Shown here piece after piece: positions 28,406 to 37,360 of a DNA stretch of 64,000 bases (the first letter of the stretch is position 1; every line of letters starts with the position of its first letter). The position numbers and the translations under genes were made by a program. The notes beneath the pieces are model-generated. The model was not told the DNA's origin, made no database searches, and saw nothing but the letters and a program-made list of their open reading frames with translations. Source of the stretch: a virus; IMG/VR virus record IMGVR_UViG_3300024265_000031, one strand, 5' to 3'.

Positions 28406-28828
28406 TTATTTATAATCATCATATATTTTTTGTAAGTGTGGATGTAGCTTCTTTTTGTATCCCAACCAATACCATTGCAAATTGCGATAAAGCTTTATAA
28501 TCCACCACCTATTGATTTTCTCATCAAAGTGTGTATAAAACCAATCCCATGAAAAAATTGCTTCAGAACTGTCTTCCCAATTGAATACTTTTCTTGTAGC
28601 TTCCCAATCTATAGTATAAAACCCTCCATCCTCATCCCAATAGGCTACGTTTTCAGGTAAACAATTTTTACATACATAAGTATCACGCAATGGTCTTTCA
28701 TATTCATCGTTGGGATCTAAGCAATGTTCTGCCGTATTTGTAAATCTTCTTTTTTCGCCTAGCGTAAGTACCTGCTTACATTTTGGACAACGATTTTTAA
28801 GTTTTGTGTGTAAGTTGTTAATTCTCAT
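28406..28828 (-). CDS. Hypothetical zinc-binding protein
   Basis: CPKC...CKNC; AAGGA RBS. Confidence 0.72.
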   Translation of the reverse strand: MRINNLHTKLKNRCPKCKQVLTLGEKRRFTNTAEHCLDPNDEYERPLRDTYVCKNCLPENVAYWDEDGGFYTIDWEATRKVFNWEDSSEAIFSWDWFYTHFDEKINRWWIIKLYRNLQWYWLGYKKKLHPHLQKIYDDYK

Positions 28829-28858
28829 TGCATATTCCTTTCAGATAAAATTAGTCTT

Positions 28859-29176
28859 TTATTTGTCAAATTTATCATTTAATTTTTCCATTACCATCTG
28901 CAAAATCTCTTCTTTTTTCAATACCATCCTAGTATTCATTCTTACATTTTGTCCTAAAATATGTCGAGCAGTACTAATAATGTCAGGTATTTTCTTTTTG
29001 TTCTCACATTCTTTTAGTTTCTGCAAGATTAAATATATGCCATCCATCAAATGTTCATGTCGTTCTACCATATTATTCTTTTTATGTTCAGAAATTATTA
29101 GCTTACCTGTTGTTATTTTAAGTTTCTTTTTTAGCACTTCATTTTCTTTTTGTAGGGTTTTTGTTTTCAACCACAT
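28859..29176 (-). CDS. Hypothetical coiled-coil protein
   Basis: AAGGA RBS; flanked by sites. Confidence 0.7.
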   Translation of the reverse strand: MWLKTKTLQKENEVLKKKLKITTGKLIISEHKKNNMVERHEHLMDGIYLILQKLKECENKKKIPDIISTARHILGQNVRMNTRMVLKKEEILQMVMEKLNDKFDK

Positions 29177-29212
29177 AATATTTTCCTTTCAAGATAAAAT
29201 TGTCGTTTTATT

Positions 29213-29416
29213 TTAGTCTTTCGTTTGTGCTGGAATTTCTTCTGCCTTGATTACATGAAAATCTTGGCAGTCTTCCTTTCCATCTAGTTCTCCCGCTAAA
29301 ACTTTATCAATTGCGCTAGATATATCAATTGCTTCAACTTCATAATAGAATTCCACCACTTGTTCTGCTATTATTTTGAATTTCATTTTATTCTCCTTGT
29401 ATATTTTGTTATTCAA
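29213..29416 (-). CDS. Small hypothetical protein (true start probably MKFKII)
   Basis: AAGGAG RBS; VEA....A pattern. Confidence 0.6.
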   Translation of the reverse strand: MNNKIYKENKMKFKIIAEQVVEFYYEVEAIDISSAIDKVLAGELDGKEDCQDFHVIKAEEIPAQTKD

Positions 29417-29488
29417 GCCCGTAGTAGGATTTGAACCTACATTCTCCTATTTCGAAGATAGTTGCTGATCCAGTTTAGCTATACGGGC
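29416..29488 (-). tRNA. tRNA-Arg(TCG), no encoded CCA
   Basis: GCCCGTA/TACGGGC acceptor, loop CT-TCG-AA, GTAGG-TTCAAAT-CCTAC, A20 present. Confidence 0.9.
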
Positions 29489-29490
29489 AA

Positions 29491-29565
29491 AGTCCGTGAC
29501 AGGATTCGAACCTGCATAACTTTCTCCTTAGAAGGGAGATGTTCATCCTCTTGAACTACACGGAC
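29491..29565 (-). tRNA. tRNA-Arg(TCT), no encoded CCA
   Basis: GTCCGTG/CACGGAC acceptor, TCTCC-CTTCTAA-GGAGA, GCAGG-TTCGAAT-CCTGT. Confidence 0.93.
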
Positions 29566-29571
29566 GTTAGA

Positions 29572-29646
29572 TGCGCCTGGGAGGATTTGAACCTCGCGAC
29601 TCTTGGCTTAAAAGGCCACTACTCTACCAGACTGAGTTACAGGCGC
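29572..29646 (-). tRNA. tRNA-Lys(TTT), no encoded CCA
   Basis: GCGCCTG/CAGGCGC acceptor, loop CT-TTT-AA, GAGG-TTCAAAT-CCTC. Confidence 0.92.
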
Positions 29647-29662
29647 AAATGAAATGGTCATT

Positions 29663-29926
29663 TTATTGGTAACATTCTCGTTTATCAAGACTTGTGCTTT
29701 CAAGAGAAATTCTTCTGGGATCTTCTTTGTTGATATCATCCCAAATTAAAAGCTGTAGTTCACCATCAAACACTTCAAGAGTGACAAGAATGTTTTGGTT
29801 TGTAAAAGTACCATACCCATCAGCAGAAATATCTATGCCGTCACCATTGCTTCCAATTACCATTTTTATTCTTACTTCTTTGGGTGTTATCTCATCTTTC
29901 AAAATTTCTTCAGTCCATTTTGCCAT
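29663..29926 (-). CDS. Conserved phage hypothetical protein
   Basis: AGGAG RBS; LE..DGELQLLIW.DIN.EDP..ISLE pattern. Confidence 0.75.
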   Translation of the reverse strand: MAKWTEEILKDEITPKEVRIKMVIGSNGDGIDISADGYGTFTNQNILVTLEVFDGELQLLIWDDINKEDPRRISLESTSLDKRECYQ

Positions 29927-29927
29927 G

Positions 29928-30191
29928 TTATTCTCCTAATGCATCCAAGCATTGTTCAAGCGCTTTTGGATCACTTTGTTCTAAGTACTCTCTAATATGT
30001 GGTGTGAGTATGATTACTTTCAATGCCTTTACCATGTTGTTGCGCCTTATTGGATGTTCAATTGCCGTTACTTCTTCCATCGTATAAGGATTTTTATTAC
30101 CAGAAATCCAATTGCGTTCTATATAATTTTTTGCACATTGCTGGTTTACCAATGTTGCTACTGGTTGGCCTAATTTTTTTACTATAACCAT
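29928..30191 (-). CDS. Hypothetical protein
   Basis: AAGGA RBS; DPKALEQ motif. Confidence 0.7.
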   Translation of the reverse strand: MVIVKKLGQPVATLVNQQCAKNYIERNWISGNKNPYTMEEVTAIEHPIRRNNMVKALKVIILTPHIREYLEQSDPKALEQCLDALGE

Positions 30192-30397
30192 TTTATTTTC
30201 CTTTTTAGTTATGTTATCCTTTCAAAATCTTCTGTTATTATTATGTTTGATTCTTGTGACCTGGGATCAAACCACATTGGTTGCATATCGCGCTCTTCAA
30301 TTTCTTCAGCAATAGAATCTCTAGTTCCCTCCCAATCTATTCTATATAAGTCTATCAAGTTATTTTCTATACTCCAATTCATTTTATCTCCATTGTT

Positions 30398-30426
30398 ATT
30401 GTAGCATACCTCAAGGCGAATGTCAA
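30398..30426 (-). promoter_or_regulatory. sigma70-type promoter
   Basis: TTGACA-17-TACAAT, TG extension. Confidence 0.8.
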
Positions 30427-30450
30427 GTAAAAATGGTGTTGTGATAAAAT

Positions 30451-30687
30451 CTAGCTTTCATCTATGGATTTTGCATTTTGAAAATCTTGAAACATACAGT
30501 GATTGAATTTTTGATTCAACATTTTTTCAATGTTCTCATCTGTTATGATTGTTTCAAGTTTATATAATACTAATCTTGTTTGAGGCAAACATTTTTTTAT
30601 TTCTTTAAATGTTTGTTTTGCTTTATCTTCATCAAAATAATAATGTGTGTTTAGAGTTCCCGTTATCCAATATATTGTTTTTTTCAT
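30451..30687 (-). CDS. Hypothetical protein
   Basis: AAGGA RBS. Confidence 0.65.
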   Translation of the reverse strand: MKKTIYWITGTLNTHYYFDEDKAKQTFKEIKKCLPQTRLVLYKLETIITDENIEKMLNQKFNHCMFQDFQNAKSIDES

Positions 30688-30689
30688 TA

Positions 30690-31085
30690 TTATCCTTCGC
30701 TATGCCCACCCATACTAATAGCCATAAGATTAGAAATTGTTCCATCCCTATCTAATCCATCTGTATAATCCACATATCCACATCTTTTATCTGTGGGTGT
30801 CATCAATGCCCATTCGCATTCACTGAACAATTCTTTATACATTGCTTCAACTTCTGATTCTGTGGGATCAACTTTACCTGGATAGTCAGAGTCAAAATAC
30901 TCACCACAATTCTGACAAAACATATCGCAACCGTCTTCATTTTCTCCTTTTTCATCCTCATATAAATCGAAAAGGTGTTGTGCATCAGCATCAATATCAT
31001 CATGATACCAATGTGCTTCACAATTAGGACAAAGCGTATATGGTTCTTTGTTATTTTGATATTCTGATTGCATTTTTATTCTCAT
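30690..31085 (-). CDS. Acidic zinc-ribbon protein
   Basis: GGAGG RBS before MRIKM; CPNC...CQNC. Confidence 0.72.
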   Translation of the reverse strand: MRIKMQSEYQNNKEPYTLCPNCEAHWYHDDIDADAQHLFDLYEDEKGENEDGCDMFCQNCGEYFDSDYPGKVDPTESEVEAMYKELFSECEWALMTPTDKRCGYVDYTDGLDRDGTISNLMAISMGGHSEG

Positions 31086-31086
31086 G

Positions 31087-31302
31087 TTATCCTCCAAACC
31101 TAGTTGGGTGTGTCTGAATGGGTTTGCCCAATTTCCAATTGAGCAAATCAATTTGGTCACCATTAGAAATATATTCTTGTTCTACTCGTGTTAATGTATC
31201 AAAAGGGTCTTCATCGTTTGTGCCACAAAATGAATCACCCATTATCTCTTCAATTTCTTGTTGTCTAGCCAAAAGTTGTTCAAGCTTTTCTTTATCTGAC
31301 AT
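31087..31302 (-). CDS. Hypothetical protein
   Basis: RBS GGAG lies inside palindrome core, ATG overlaps arm. Confidence 0.68.
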   Translation of the reverse strand: MSDKEKLEQLLARQQEIEEIMGDSFCGTNDEDPFDTLTRVEQEYISNGDQIDLLNWKLGKPIQTHPTRFGG

Positions 31303-31314
31303 AAAATGCTCCTT

Positions 31315-31500
31315 TTATCTGGAATATTGAGTATTGGAAGTTGCAACAACTAAATGAATATAGTCACACGTATCGCATGTTTGGTTTCCATTTGTTGGGT
31401 TGTAATTTTCCAATTGTAATTCTAAACATTTTGGACACGCCCACGCATATTCATCCTCGCCGTTATATTTTCCTACTTGAATTAATTCTGCTGTTTTCAT
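31315..31500 (-). CDS. Small zinc-ribbon protein
   Basis: CPKC...CDTC; AGGAG RBS. Confidence 0.68.
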   Translation of the reverse strand: MKTAELIQVGKYNGEDEYAWACPKCLELQLENYNPTNGNQTCDTCDYIHLVVATSNTQYSR

Positions 31501-31523
31501 TTTATTCTCCTAGTCTACATTCA

Positions 31524-32903
31524 TTATAACACATCTGTTATGTACTTGTCAAGCCAAACTTGACCTTCTTCTAAATTATTGAACACACCATCTAACTGAG
31601 CCTCAAACGCATCTCTTAAAATATCTCCAAACTTTGGAGATGGATTCATTCCTCTTTCAATTAAATGCCTACCTAATAAAATCTCTTTTGGTGCTTGAGA
31701 TTCTACTTGTAAATCTTTTGCTATTTCACGAATTTGAATTGCTTCTTTAGGCAATCCTCCCTTTAATGGTGGTCTTCCATCATGATCTGCTTCCATAATC
31801 ATAAGCAATTCTGTTATGGTACATGGGTGCAATCTTCTGGCTAATCTTCTAACTGCGCGCTTAGATGGATTCCTGTTATGTACATGTGCCATGTGTTCAC
31901 GTACAAGAGGAATGATTCTCTCAATTAGATATGTTTCTTTCATACCAATTGAGTCAAGAAATTGGCGCGCTGGTTCTTCTCCCATTATATCATGCGCATG
32001 GGAGATTATTTTGCCATCCTTCACCTCTGTTGTAGCTGGTTTCCCCACATCATGCAATAATGCAGCGTACAGAACATTTAATTTGTCTGTTATCACTCTG
32101 GCAGCATCTATTGTATGCAATGTATGATCCCATGCATTCCCTTCTGGATGATGTGCTGGTTCTTGTGGTGTGCTTCTGAGCGCATCCAAGACAGGAAATT
32201 TAGATATCCAACCTGTTTGGACAAGAACATCAAGTCCAAGCGAAATATACTTTCCCTTCTGCAACATCTTATTAAATTCAATAAGAATTCTTTCTTTGGC
32301 CAACGAATCAAATTCTGTTATCATAAATTTACTAAGATTAATTGTCTCTGTAGCCACAACAAAACTAAATCTCGCGGCAAATTGCATTATACGCAAGACC
32401 CTTAATGGATCCTCCATAAATGCTTTGCTTGTATGTCTTATTATCTTGTTATGTATGTCTTCAATTCCACCATAGAAGTCAATAACTTCTTGCAAGAATG
32501 GATCATAAAACATGCTATTACAAGTGATATCGCGTCTAGACGCGGCTTCTTTCAGTGTTATTGTAGGATCAATTTCTACAATAAAACCTTTATGTCCTTG
32601 CCCTTCCTTATTCTCTGTTCTTGGAAGAGAGAAATCTAATTCATCTCCTCCCTCTTTTCTCATATCAACTTTAAATATTCCAAATGCCATACCTACTGCA
32701 TCAACATTTGAGGTATGTTTGCGAAGAACAAACTCTAATTTCTTTGCTGTTATATTGAAACACTCAACGTCTACATCTTTAGAATTGATTCCCATTATTA
32801 AATCCCTAACCCATCCTCCAATGATATAAGGTTTTCCGCCTGCTTTTTTTATGTCTTTAAGGATTGTAAGAGTTTTGGGATTAATTTTTGACGGTATTCT
32901 CAT
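31524..32903 (-). CDS. cca: Class II CCA-adding tRNA nucleotidyltransferase with HD domain
   Basis: GGWVRD, DVD, RTE+flexible loop, RRDIT, EDPLRVLR, LLHDVGK; start reassigned to ATG 32903 because upstream track codons span the promoter. Confidence 0.92.
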   Translation of the reverse strand: MRIPSKINPKTLTILKDIKKAGGKPYIIGGWVRDLIMGINSKDVDVECFNITAKKLEFVLRKHTSNVDAVGMAFGIFKVDMRKEGGDELDFSLPRTENKEGQGHKGFIVEIDPTITLKEAASRRDITCNSMFYDPFLQEVIDFYGGIEDIHNKIIRHTSKAFMEDPLRVLRIMQFAARFSFVVATETINLSKFMITEFDSLAKERILIEFNKMLQKGKYISLGLDVLVQTGWISKFPVLDALRSTPQEPAHHPEGNAWDHTLHTIDAARVITDKLNVLYAALLHDVGKPATTEVKDGKIISHAHDIMGEEPARQFLDSIGMKETYLIERIIPLVREHMAHVHNRNPSKRAVRRLARRLHPCTITELLMIMEADHDGRPPLKGGLPKEAIQIREIAKDLQVESQAPKEILLGRHLIERGMNPSPKFGDILRDAFEAQLDGVFNNLEEGQVWLDKYITDVL

Positions 32904-32909
32904 TGTGTA

Positions 32910-32938
32910 ATTATATCCTTTTTCAATGTGTTTGTCAA
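32910..32938 (-). promoter_or_regulatory. sigma70-type promoter, probably leaderless
   Basis: TTGACA-17-TATAAT, ATG begins 7 nt after the -10. Confidence 0.8.
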
Positions 32939-32993
32939 GCTCCCATAAGCAGTAGCGAACTGCAATCATCCTCTGTTATGGGATTTAGGATTG

Positions 32994-33065
32994 CTATCCT
33001 AAAAAGGCAACAACCAATACAACTATTACTAAAAGAGCTATTCCAAAAGCAACTCCTGCAGCCAT
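32994..33065 (-). CDS. 23-aa single-pass membrane peptide
   Basis: AAGGAG RBS; MAAGVAFGIALLVIVVLVVAFLG. Confidence 0.6.
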   Translation of the reverse strand: MAAGVAFGIALLVIVVLVVAFLG

Positions 33066-33092
33066 AATTATCTCCTTTCTTTTAAAAAATAT

Positions 33093-33164
33093 CTAAAGGC
33101 CCAATATCAACGCCACAATACAAATCACTAGTAATATTCCCAATCCCATTACGACTGTTCCCAT
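33093..33164 (-). CDS. 23-aa single-pass membrane peptide
   Basis: AAGGAG RBS; MGTVVMGLGILLVICIVALILGL. Confidence 0.6.
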   Translation of the reverse strand: MGTVVMGLGILLVICIVALILGL

Positions 33165-33200
33165 TTTGTTCTCCTTTTATTCTTGGATGAAATTATGATT

Positions 33201-33581
33201 TTATCTGGCAAAACCAGATTCAATTTCAACTTTATAGTATTCTTCTGCAGTATTCATGATTTCCTTGTAGCCTGGATCACTATCCCAATTTATACCACAA
33301 TATGGGCATATCAAATCTGTTTTTCCAACGTGTCCTTTTATTTTGTTTATCAGTCTTTCAAATAATTTTCCTGTTGGCACAAATTTTAGTTTTCCGTAAC
33401 ATAAAGGACAATTTTCACATCCCTCCATATCTAAGTCAATAATGAAATGACATTCTGGTGGATTGATTACATCTTGCACTAAACCACCTTTAACAAAAAT
33501 GTATGTAGGTTCTTTTTCGTTATATGATGGTTCTTCATGGTTTAAAAGTTCGTCTTGAATTTTTTCTTCATGTTCGTTCAT
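33201..33581 (-). CDS. Hypothetical zinc-binding protein
   Basis: VKGGLVQDV, CPLC...CPYC; flanked by sites. Confidence 0.72.
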   Translation of the reverse strand: MNEHEEKIQDELLNHEEPSYNEKEPTYIFVKGGLVQDVINPPECHFIIDLDMEGCENCPLCYGKLKFVPTGKLFERLINKIKGHVGKTDLICPYCGINWDSDPGYKEIMNTAEEYYKVEIESGFAR

Positions 33582-33624
33582 GTTATTTCTCCTTTTTGTA
33601 TCTAATGAAATATGCTTTTATCTG

Positions 33625-33924
33625 TTACATACTCTTATACAATCGTGGGTTGTCGCGCTTGTCTTTAGGTAGAAATGAACAAGCAAAACATGTTCCGTCT
33701 AGGCAAACACATTCCTCTGTATCTCCTATATATATAAGAATTTGTTCAATTCTATCAAGATTGTCAATCTCTTCCTGAATTTTGTTCTCCCATTCCATTA
33801 GATGTCCTTCAATATATTCAAATGGTTTATGAACATACTTATTGCCAGTTAAATTTTCCCAATCTTGTAGAGAAAGATTTGATTTTAAGGATTCAAGTGC
33901 ATATTCAACTAATTTCTTGTTCAT
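33625..33924 (-). CDS. Hypothetical protein
   Basis: AAGGAG RBS. Confidence 0.7.
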   Translation of the reverse strand: MNKKLVEYALESLKSNLSLQDWENLTGNKYVHKPFEYIEGHLMEWENKIQEEIDNLDRIEQILIYIGDTEECVCLDGTCFACSFLPKDKRDNPRLYKSM

Positions 33925-33925
33925 G

Positions 33926-34207
33926 TTATTTCTCCTTTATTTTAGCTTCACCAATAGCTGCTAATGCGGCACTAACCATGCTGTATGCAGATTCTTGTGC
34001 ATTGCCACACATTGTATTAAACAATTCGTTGAATGCTTTTACATGGTTGTCTGATCCAAACTCAATAAGATTGATAATCAAACTGATTTTCTCAGACAAT
34101 TCCTTATTGCCAACCACATATAACGCACTTCTAATTTCACAAAGCATAGACAACCCATCATCTATGTCTGCTTTTGCGTTACTAAAATTATCTATGTATT
34201 CTGTCAT
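33926..34207 (-). CDS. Hypothetical protein
   Basis: AAGGAG RBS. Confidence 0.7.
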   Translation of the reverse strand: MTEYIDNFSNAKADIDDGLSMLCEIRSALYVVGNKELSEKISLIINLIEFGSDNHVKAFNELFNTMCGNAQESAYSMVSAALAAIGEAKIKEK

Positions 34208-34226
34208 TGTTTTCTCCTTTTTTTAT

Positions 34227-34442
34227 TTAATTATTTTTGGAAATTAATGTGTCTACCTTGTCTTTTAAAAGTATTATTGCAGATGATAAAGTGTCTATAG
34301 CATCTATCAAGATAGTGGATTCATAGGGTGATAATTCACAATGTTCTCCAGAGATTACAGAAACCCATAAATCTTTTTTTATTTTTTTCATAATTAATTG
34401 CATTTCTTTTGTTTTATCCATTTTGCTCCTAGATGAAATCAC
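34227..34442 (-). CDS. Hypothetical protein (true start probably MDKTK)
   Basis: AGGAG RBS after palindrome. Confidence 0.6.
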   Translation of the reverse strand: MISSRSKMDKTKEMQLIMKKIKKDLWVSVISGEHCELSPYESTILIDAIDTLSSAIILLKDKVDTLISKNN

Positions 34443-34446
34443 GATT

Positions 34447-34707
34447 TTATGTATGGTTAGTCATACGTATAGTCTTTTTTAGATATTTTGCATCATTTAG
34501 TGCATAGCTTCTATGAATGCGCGGAATATTTGTGGGTATATTATAAGATACTGTGTCTGTTATTCTAACATAGCCCATATAATGTTGTCCTAAGTCTATT
34601 GTTGTTCTTTTTCTAGTATATGCTTTTATTTCTGACATTGTTATTCCTCTAAAATGGATTATCTGGATGCTTGTTAGTGTTATATGAATCAATTCGCTTT
34701 TGAGCAA
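34447..34707 (-). CDS. Hypothetical protein (true start probably MSEIK)
   Basis: GAGG RBS; stop in palindrome arm. Confidence 0.58.
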   Translation of the reverse strand: MLKSELIHITLTSIQIIHFRGITMSEIKAYTRKRTTIDLGQHYMGYVRITDTVSYNIPTNIPRIHRSYALNDAKYLKKTIRMTNHT

Positions 34708-34882
34708 ATTCTTGTGTTGAATGAAAACTTGCAGACCTCCATCCAGTCCAAACAGATTCTTTGTTATCTCTGGTGCATAGTTGAGTTACAAAGTTTGCAA
34801 TCAAAGCTGAATGTTCTACAATCCTAAATTTCATTGTATCACTTACTCTTTGTGTTTTTATAAGTTTGCCCATAAATCCCAT
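34649..34882 (-). CDS. Hypothetical protein
   Basis: AGGAG RBS. Confidence 0.62.
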   Translation of the reverse strand: MGFMGKLIKTQRVSDTMKFRIVEHSALIANFVTQLCTRDNKESVWTGWRSASFHSTQEFAQKRIDSYNTNKHPDNPF

Positions 34883-35133
34883 GATTTTCTCCTGTTATCC
34901 TGTAAAAACAATCTAAACATAATCAATCTGAATAAAGATATTTCAAAAAATCTTTGTCGTCTTTTTTCGCCAGTTTTAGTATCTGAAAATGATCTTGTGT
35001 TATAGAACGTTGGTTTGGAATATGATTTGTATATAACCAAATTAATCTTGGGTAGGTAATGGTACACTCTTTGTTTGCCTGGATATTTGATTGCTCCAAA
35101 CGCCCAATCTGATTTGCCTATGTGAACATTCAT
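34858..35133 (-). CDS. Hypothetical protein
   Basis: Translationally coupled TAATG. Confidence 0.62.
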   Translation of the reverse strand: MNVHIGKSDWAFGAIKYPGKQRVYHYLPKINLVIYKSYSKPTFYNTRSFSDTKTGEKRRQRFFEISLFRLIMFRLFLQDNRRKSWDLWANL

Positions 35134-35396
35134 TATACAATACTATGCTCGCAGGTGTGTTTGAATGTATACTTGCTTTGTTTTCCTTTAGTCGTATACA
35201 TATACCCCATGCAGTTTAGCCAAGACATATCAAATCCATCAGGAATCAAATCCTTGATAATTGGCCCACGCAATCTTACGATGTAGTGTACCATGTCTGA
35301 TCTTTCTTCGCTGGTCAAATTCTTTATCTTGCGAATGTCGAGTCGTTTTCGTGTTGTTATTCTGTTCAATAGTTTTCGAAAGTCTCTTTTTTTCAT
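35133..35396 (-). CDS. Hypothetical basic protein
   Basis: AGGAG RBS. Confidence 0.68.
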   Translation of the reverse strand: MKKRDFRKLLNRITTRKRLDIRKIKNLTSEERSDMVHYIVRLRGPIIKDLIPDGFDMSWLNCMGYMYTTKGKQSKYTFKHTCEHSIV

Positions 35397-35412
35397 TTTA
35401 AACTCCTAGTCT

Positions 35413-35488
35413 ACAACATAACTGTTTTCACCCTTTCAGGATCATTCAGGCCAGACACACATCTGACTAACGCCCCCTGTTATGTTGT
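35413..35488 (-). ncRNA. Hammerhead-ribozyme-like RNA (type III topology, variant core)
   Basis: ACAACATAAC/GTTATGTTGT closing helix; GTTA, then stem GTCAGA/TCTGGC, CTGAATGA, TCCTGAAAGGGT hairpin, GAAAAC. Confidence 0.5.
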
Positions 35489-35813
35489 TATTTGCGATTG
35501 ATGCGCCTGGATTCCTTGCGCTGCTTGCGTTTCTTTTTTGTATCTGCTGCAATCTTGCGCGTATAGCCACGACCACGCAAACCACGCCCACGATTTTCGC
35601 GTTCTTCTGTATTTTTTGCTCTGATTGCTTTTATTCTTGAAACCTTATCTTTGATCGATTCTAACATTTTGTTATCTCCTTATTTGTCCATACATATCTC
35701 TAAGACGGACTCTACCTGATTGTGCTACATATAGTTTATCGCCATATTTCATCTTTGCCAGTCATGTATCAAGTTTATCTTTATCTCCTTTTAATGCTTC
35801 TAGTATTGTTTTG

Positions 35814-36047
35814 CTATGTGACATATTTTTCAAATTCCTTTTGCAAGAGATATTCTGTTTCAGCATATAAAACTTGCAAAACGCATTGTTCATCATATCC
35901 ATATGTTACCGTGTCTTCAATGAGGTATATTTCTCCATAGAATCCCATGTTGTCTTGTCGTTGGTCGTCTGGTATAATACGTAGATGAAAATCTCCAATA
36001 TTCATTGTGTTATCCTTAAATGAAATGTTCCTTTTATCTAGCCCCAA
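35814..36047 (-). CDS. Hypothetical protein (true start probably MNIGD)
   Basis: AAGGA RBS after palindrome. Confidence 0.58.
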   Translation of the reverse strand: MGLDKRNISFKDNTMNIGDFHLRIIPDDQRQDNMGFYGEIYLIEDTVTYGYDEQCVLQVLYAETEYLLQKEFEKYVT

Positions 36048-36469
36048 ATAGCCTTGTCATATTCTGGAAGGTCTTGTACAATCATTGTTGCAAGGTCACC
36101 AGCATATTTATCTAATACCTGATATAGCATATCTTCTGGAACATTTCCTTCTGCGCATTGATAAAGCAAGCACTTTATTGACGACATTGCTTGAATTCTT
36201 TGTGGAGGAACAATGCTTGTATATTGATATTCTGATCCACCAGTAAATTCTTTAATTGTTTTCTGGTTATATCTGGCAATGATGGCTTTTTCATTCATTT
36301 TTCTTATTGCATTGCCTAAATTTTTACATTCTTCTTTGGTTGAAACTAAAAGCATTGCATTATTATATTTGGGGTCTGGCATTTTGGATGTCCATCCCCT
36401 TTCAGTTGCATATTGAAGTGTTGATACAATTCTGTTGATTGTTATGTCGTCCACGATATAAGCACTCAT
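36038..36469 (-). CDS. Conserved phage hypothetical protein
   Basis: MSAYIV...N.KA..ARY...CLLYQCAE..W pattern; flanked by sites. Confidence 0.8.
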   Translation of the reverse strand: MSAYIVDDITINRIVSTLQYATERGWTSKMPDPKYNNAMLLVSTKEECKNLGNAIRKMNEKAIIARYNQKTIKEFTGGSEYQYTSIVPPQRIQAMSSIKCLLYQCAEGNVPEDMLYQVLDKYAGDLATMIVQDLPEYDKAIWG

Positions 36470-36512
36470 TTTTATCTCCTTGTATTTGTTATAGATGAAA
36501 TATATCTTTTAT

Positions 36513-36767
36513 CTACAGATTCTTAGTGACATAGCCAAGATGATAAATACTCTTACCATCTTTATAATCATTGTAGCTTACAATATCTTTATCATTCAAT
36601 ATCGCAACTAATATTTTTTGGTTTGGATCTTTCCTATCAAATTGGAATCTTTCTGTTTCATATGCACCAGTTTTCTTGTTAATGGTTTTCACTGCTACAT
36701 ATGCCACATTACTTTGATGATCTGCTTCAACTTCAATTATGACTGACATGTTAACTCCTTGCACCAC
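36513..36767 (-). CDS. Hypothetical protein
   Basis: AAGGAG RBS before MSVII. Confidence 0.62.
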   Translation of the reverse strand: MVQGVNMSVIIEVEADHQSNVAYVAVKTINKKTGAYETERFQFDRKDPNQKILVAILNDKDIVSYNDYKDGKSIYHLGYVTKNL

Positions 36768-36966
36768 TTAAAAAATTAATGATCTTGCCAGTAGTTTTTT
36801 CAACTATAGCAAAGTCATTTAAATTAACGGGCTTTAAATCATACCTGTTATGGAATGATTCTGCCCCGCGTTTACCAATTGATTGCATGTGTTCTGTTCC
36901 ATGCTTTTTATATGTGGCTAAATCTCCCATTTTGCCACATTCAACTTTTGTAAGTTTTTGTTTCAT
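36751..36966 (-). CDS. Small protein with KGG/stress-repeat-like motif
   Basis: GKMG..T.KKHGTEHMQSIGKRG. Confidence 0.6.
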   Translation of the reverse strand: MKQKLTKVECGKMGDLATYKKHGTEHMQSIGKRGAESFHNRYDLKPVNLNDFAIVEKTTGKIINFLSGARS

Positions 36967-37250
36967 TCTTTATTATCCTCACATAGAAATTCTGGTATGT
37001 CTGATATTTGCATAGGTCGTGGTATTTTATGAATTTTGTATTTTCCATAATTTTTTAGAAGATAATTTTTAACACGGTTTAACCCATTATCTAAATAGGG
37101 AAAACTATCAAGGATACAACTTTTCCCACATTTATAATGAGAGTGACGATACCATCGATTCTTAAATCTAATAATGTATGGTGGTTGTACTACACTTCCC
37201 TGATATCCACTCGCATACCAAACTTTTCCAGTATATTTTTTGTATTTCAT
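36963..37250 (-). CDS. Hypothetical basic protein
   Basis: AGGA RBS downstream of tRNA-Cys. Confidence 0.62.
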   Translation of the reverse strand: MKYKKYTGKVWYASGYQGSVVQPPYIIRFKNRWYRHSHYKCGKSCILDSFPYLDNGLNRVKNYLLKNYGKYKIHKIPRPMQISDIPEFLCEDNKE

Positions 37251-37277
37251 TCTATTATCCTAGTATTTTGTTATCAA

Positions 37278-37348
37278 AGATGATGGTGGGAATTGAACCC
37301 ACATAAACTGTTTTGCAGACAGTTACCTTACCAATTGGATACACCATC
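37278..37348 (-). tRNA. tRNA-Cys(GCA), no encoded CCA
   Basis: GATGGTG/CATCATC acceptor, ACTGT-CTGCAAA-ACAGT, GTGGG-TTCAATT-CCCAC, U73. Confidence 0.92.
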
Positions 37349-37360
37349 TAATGTACCTTA

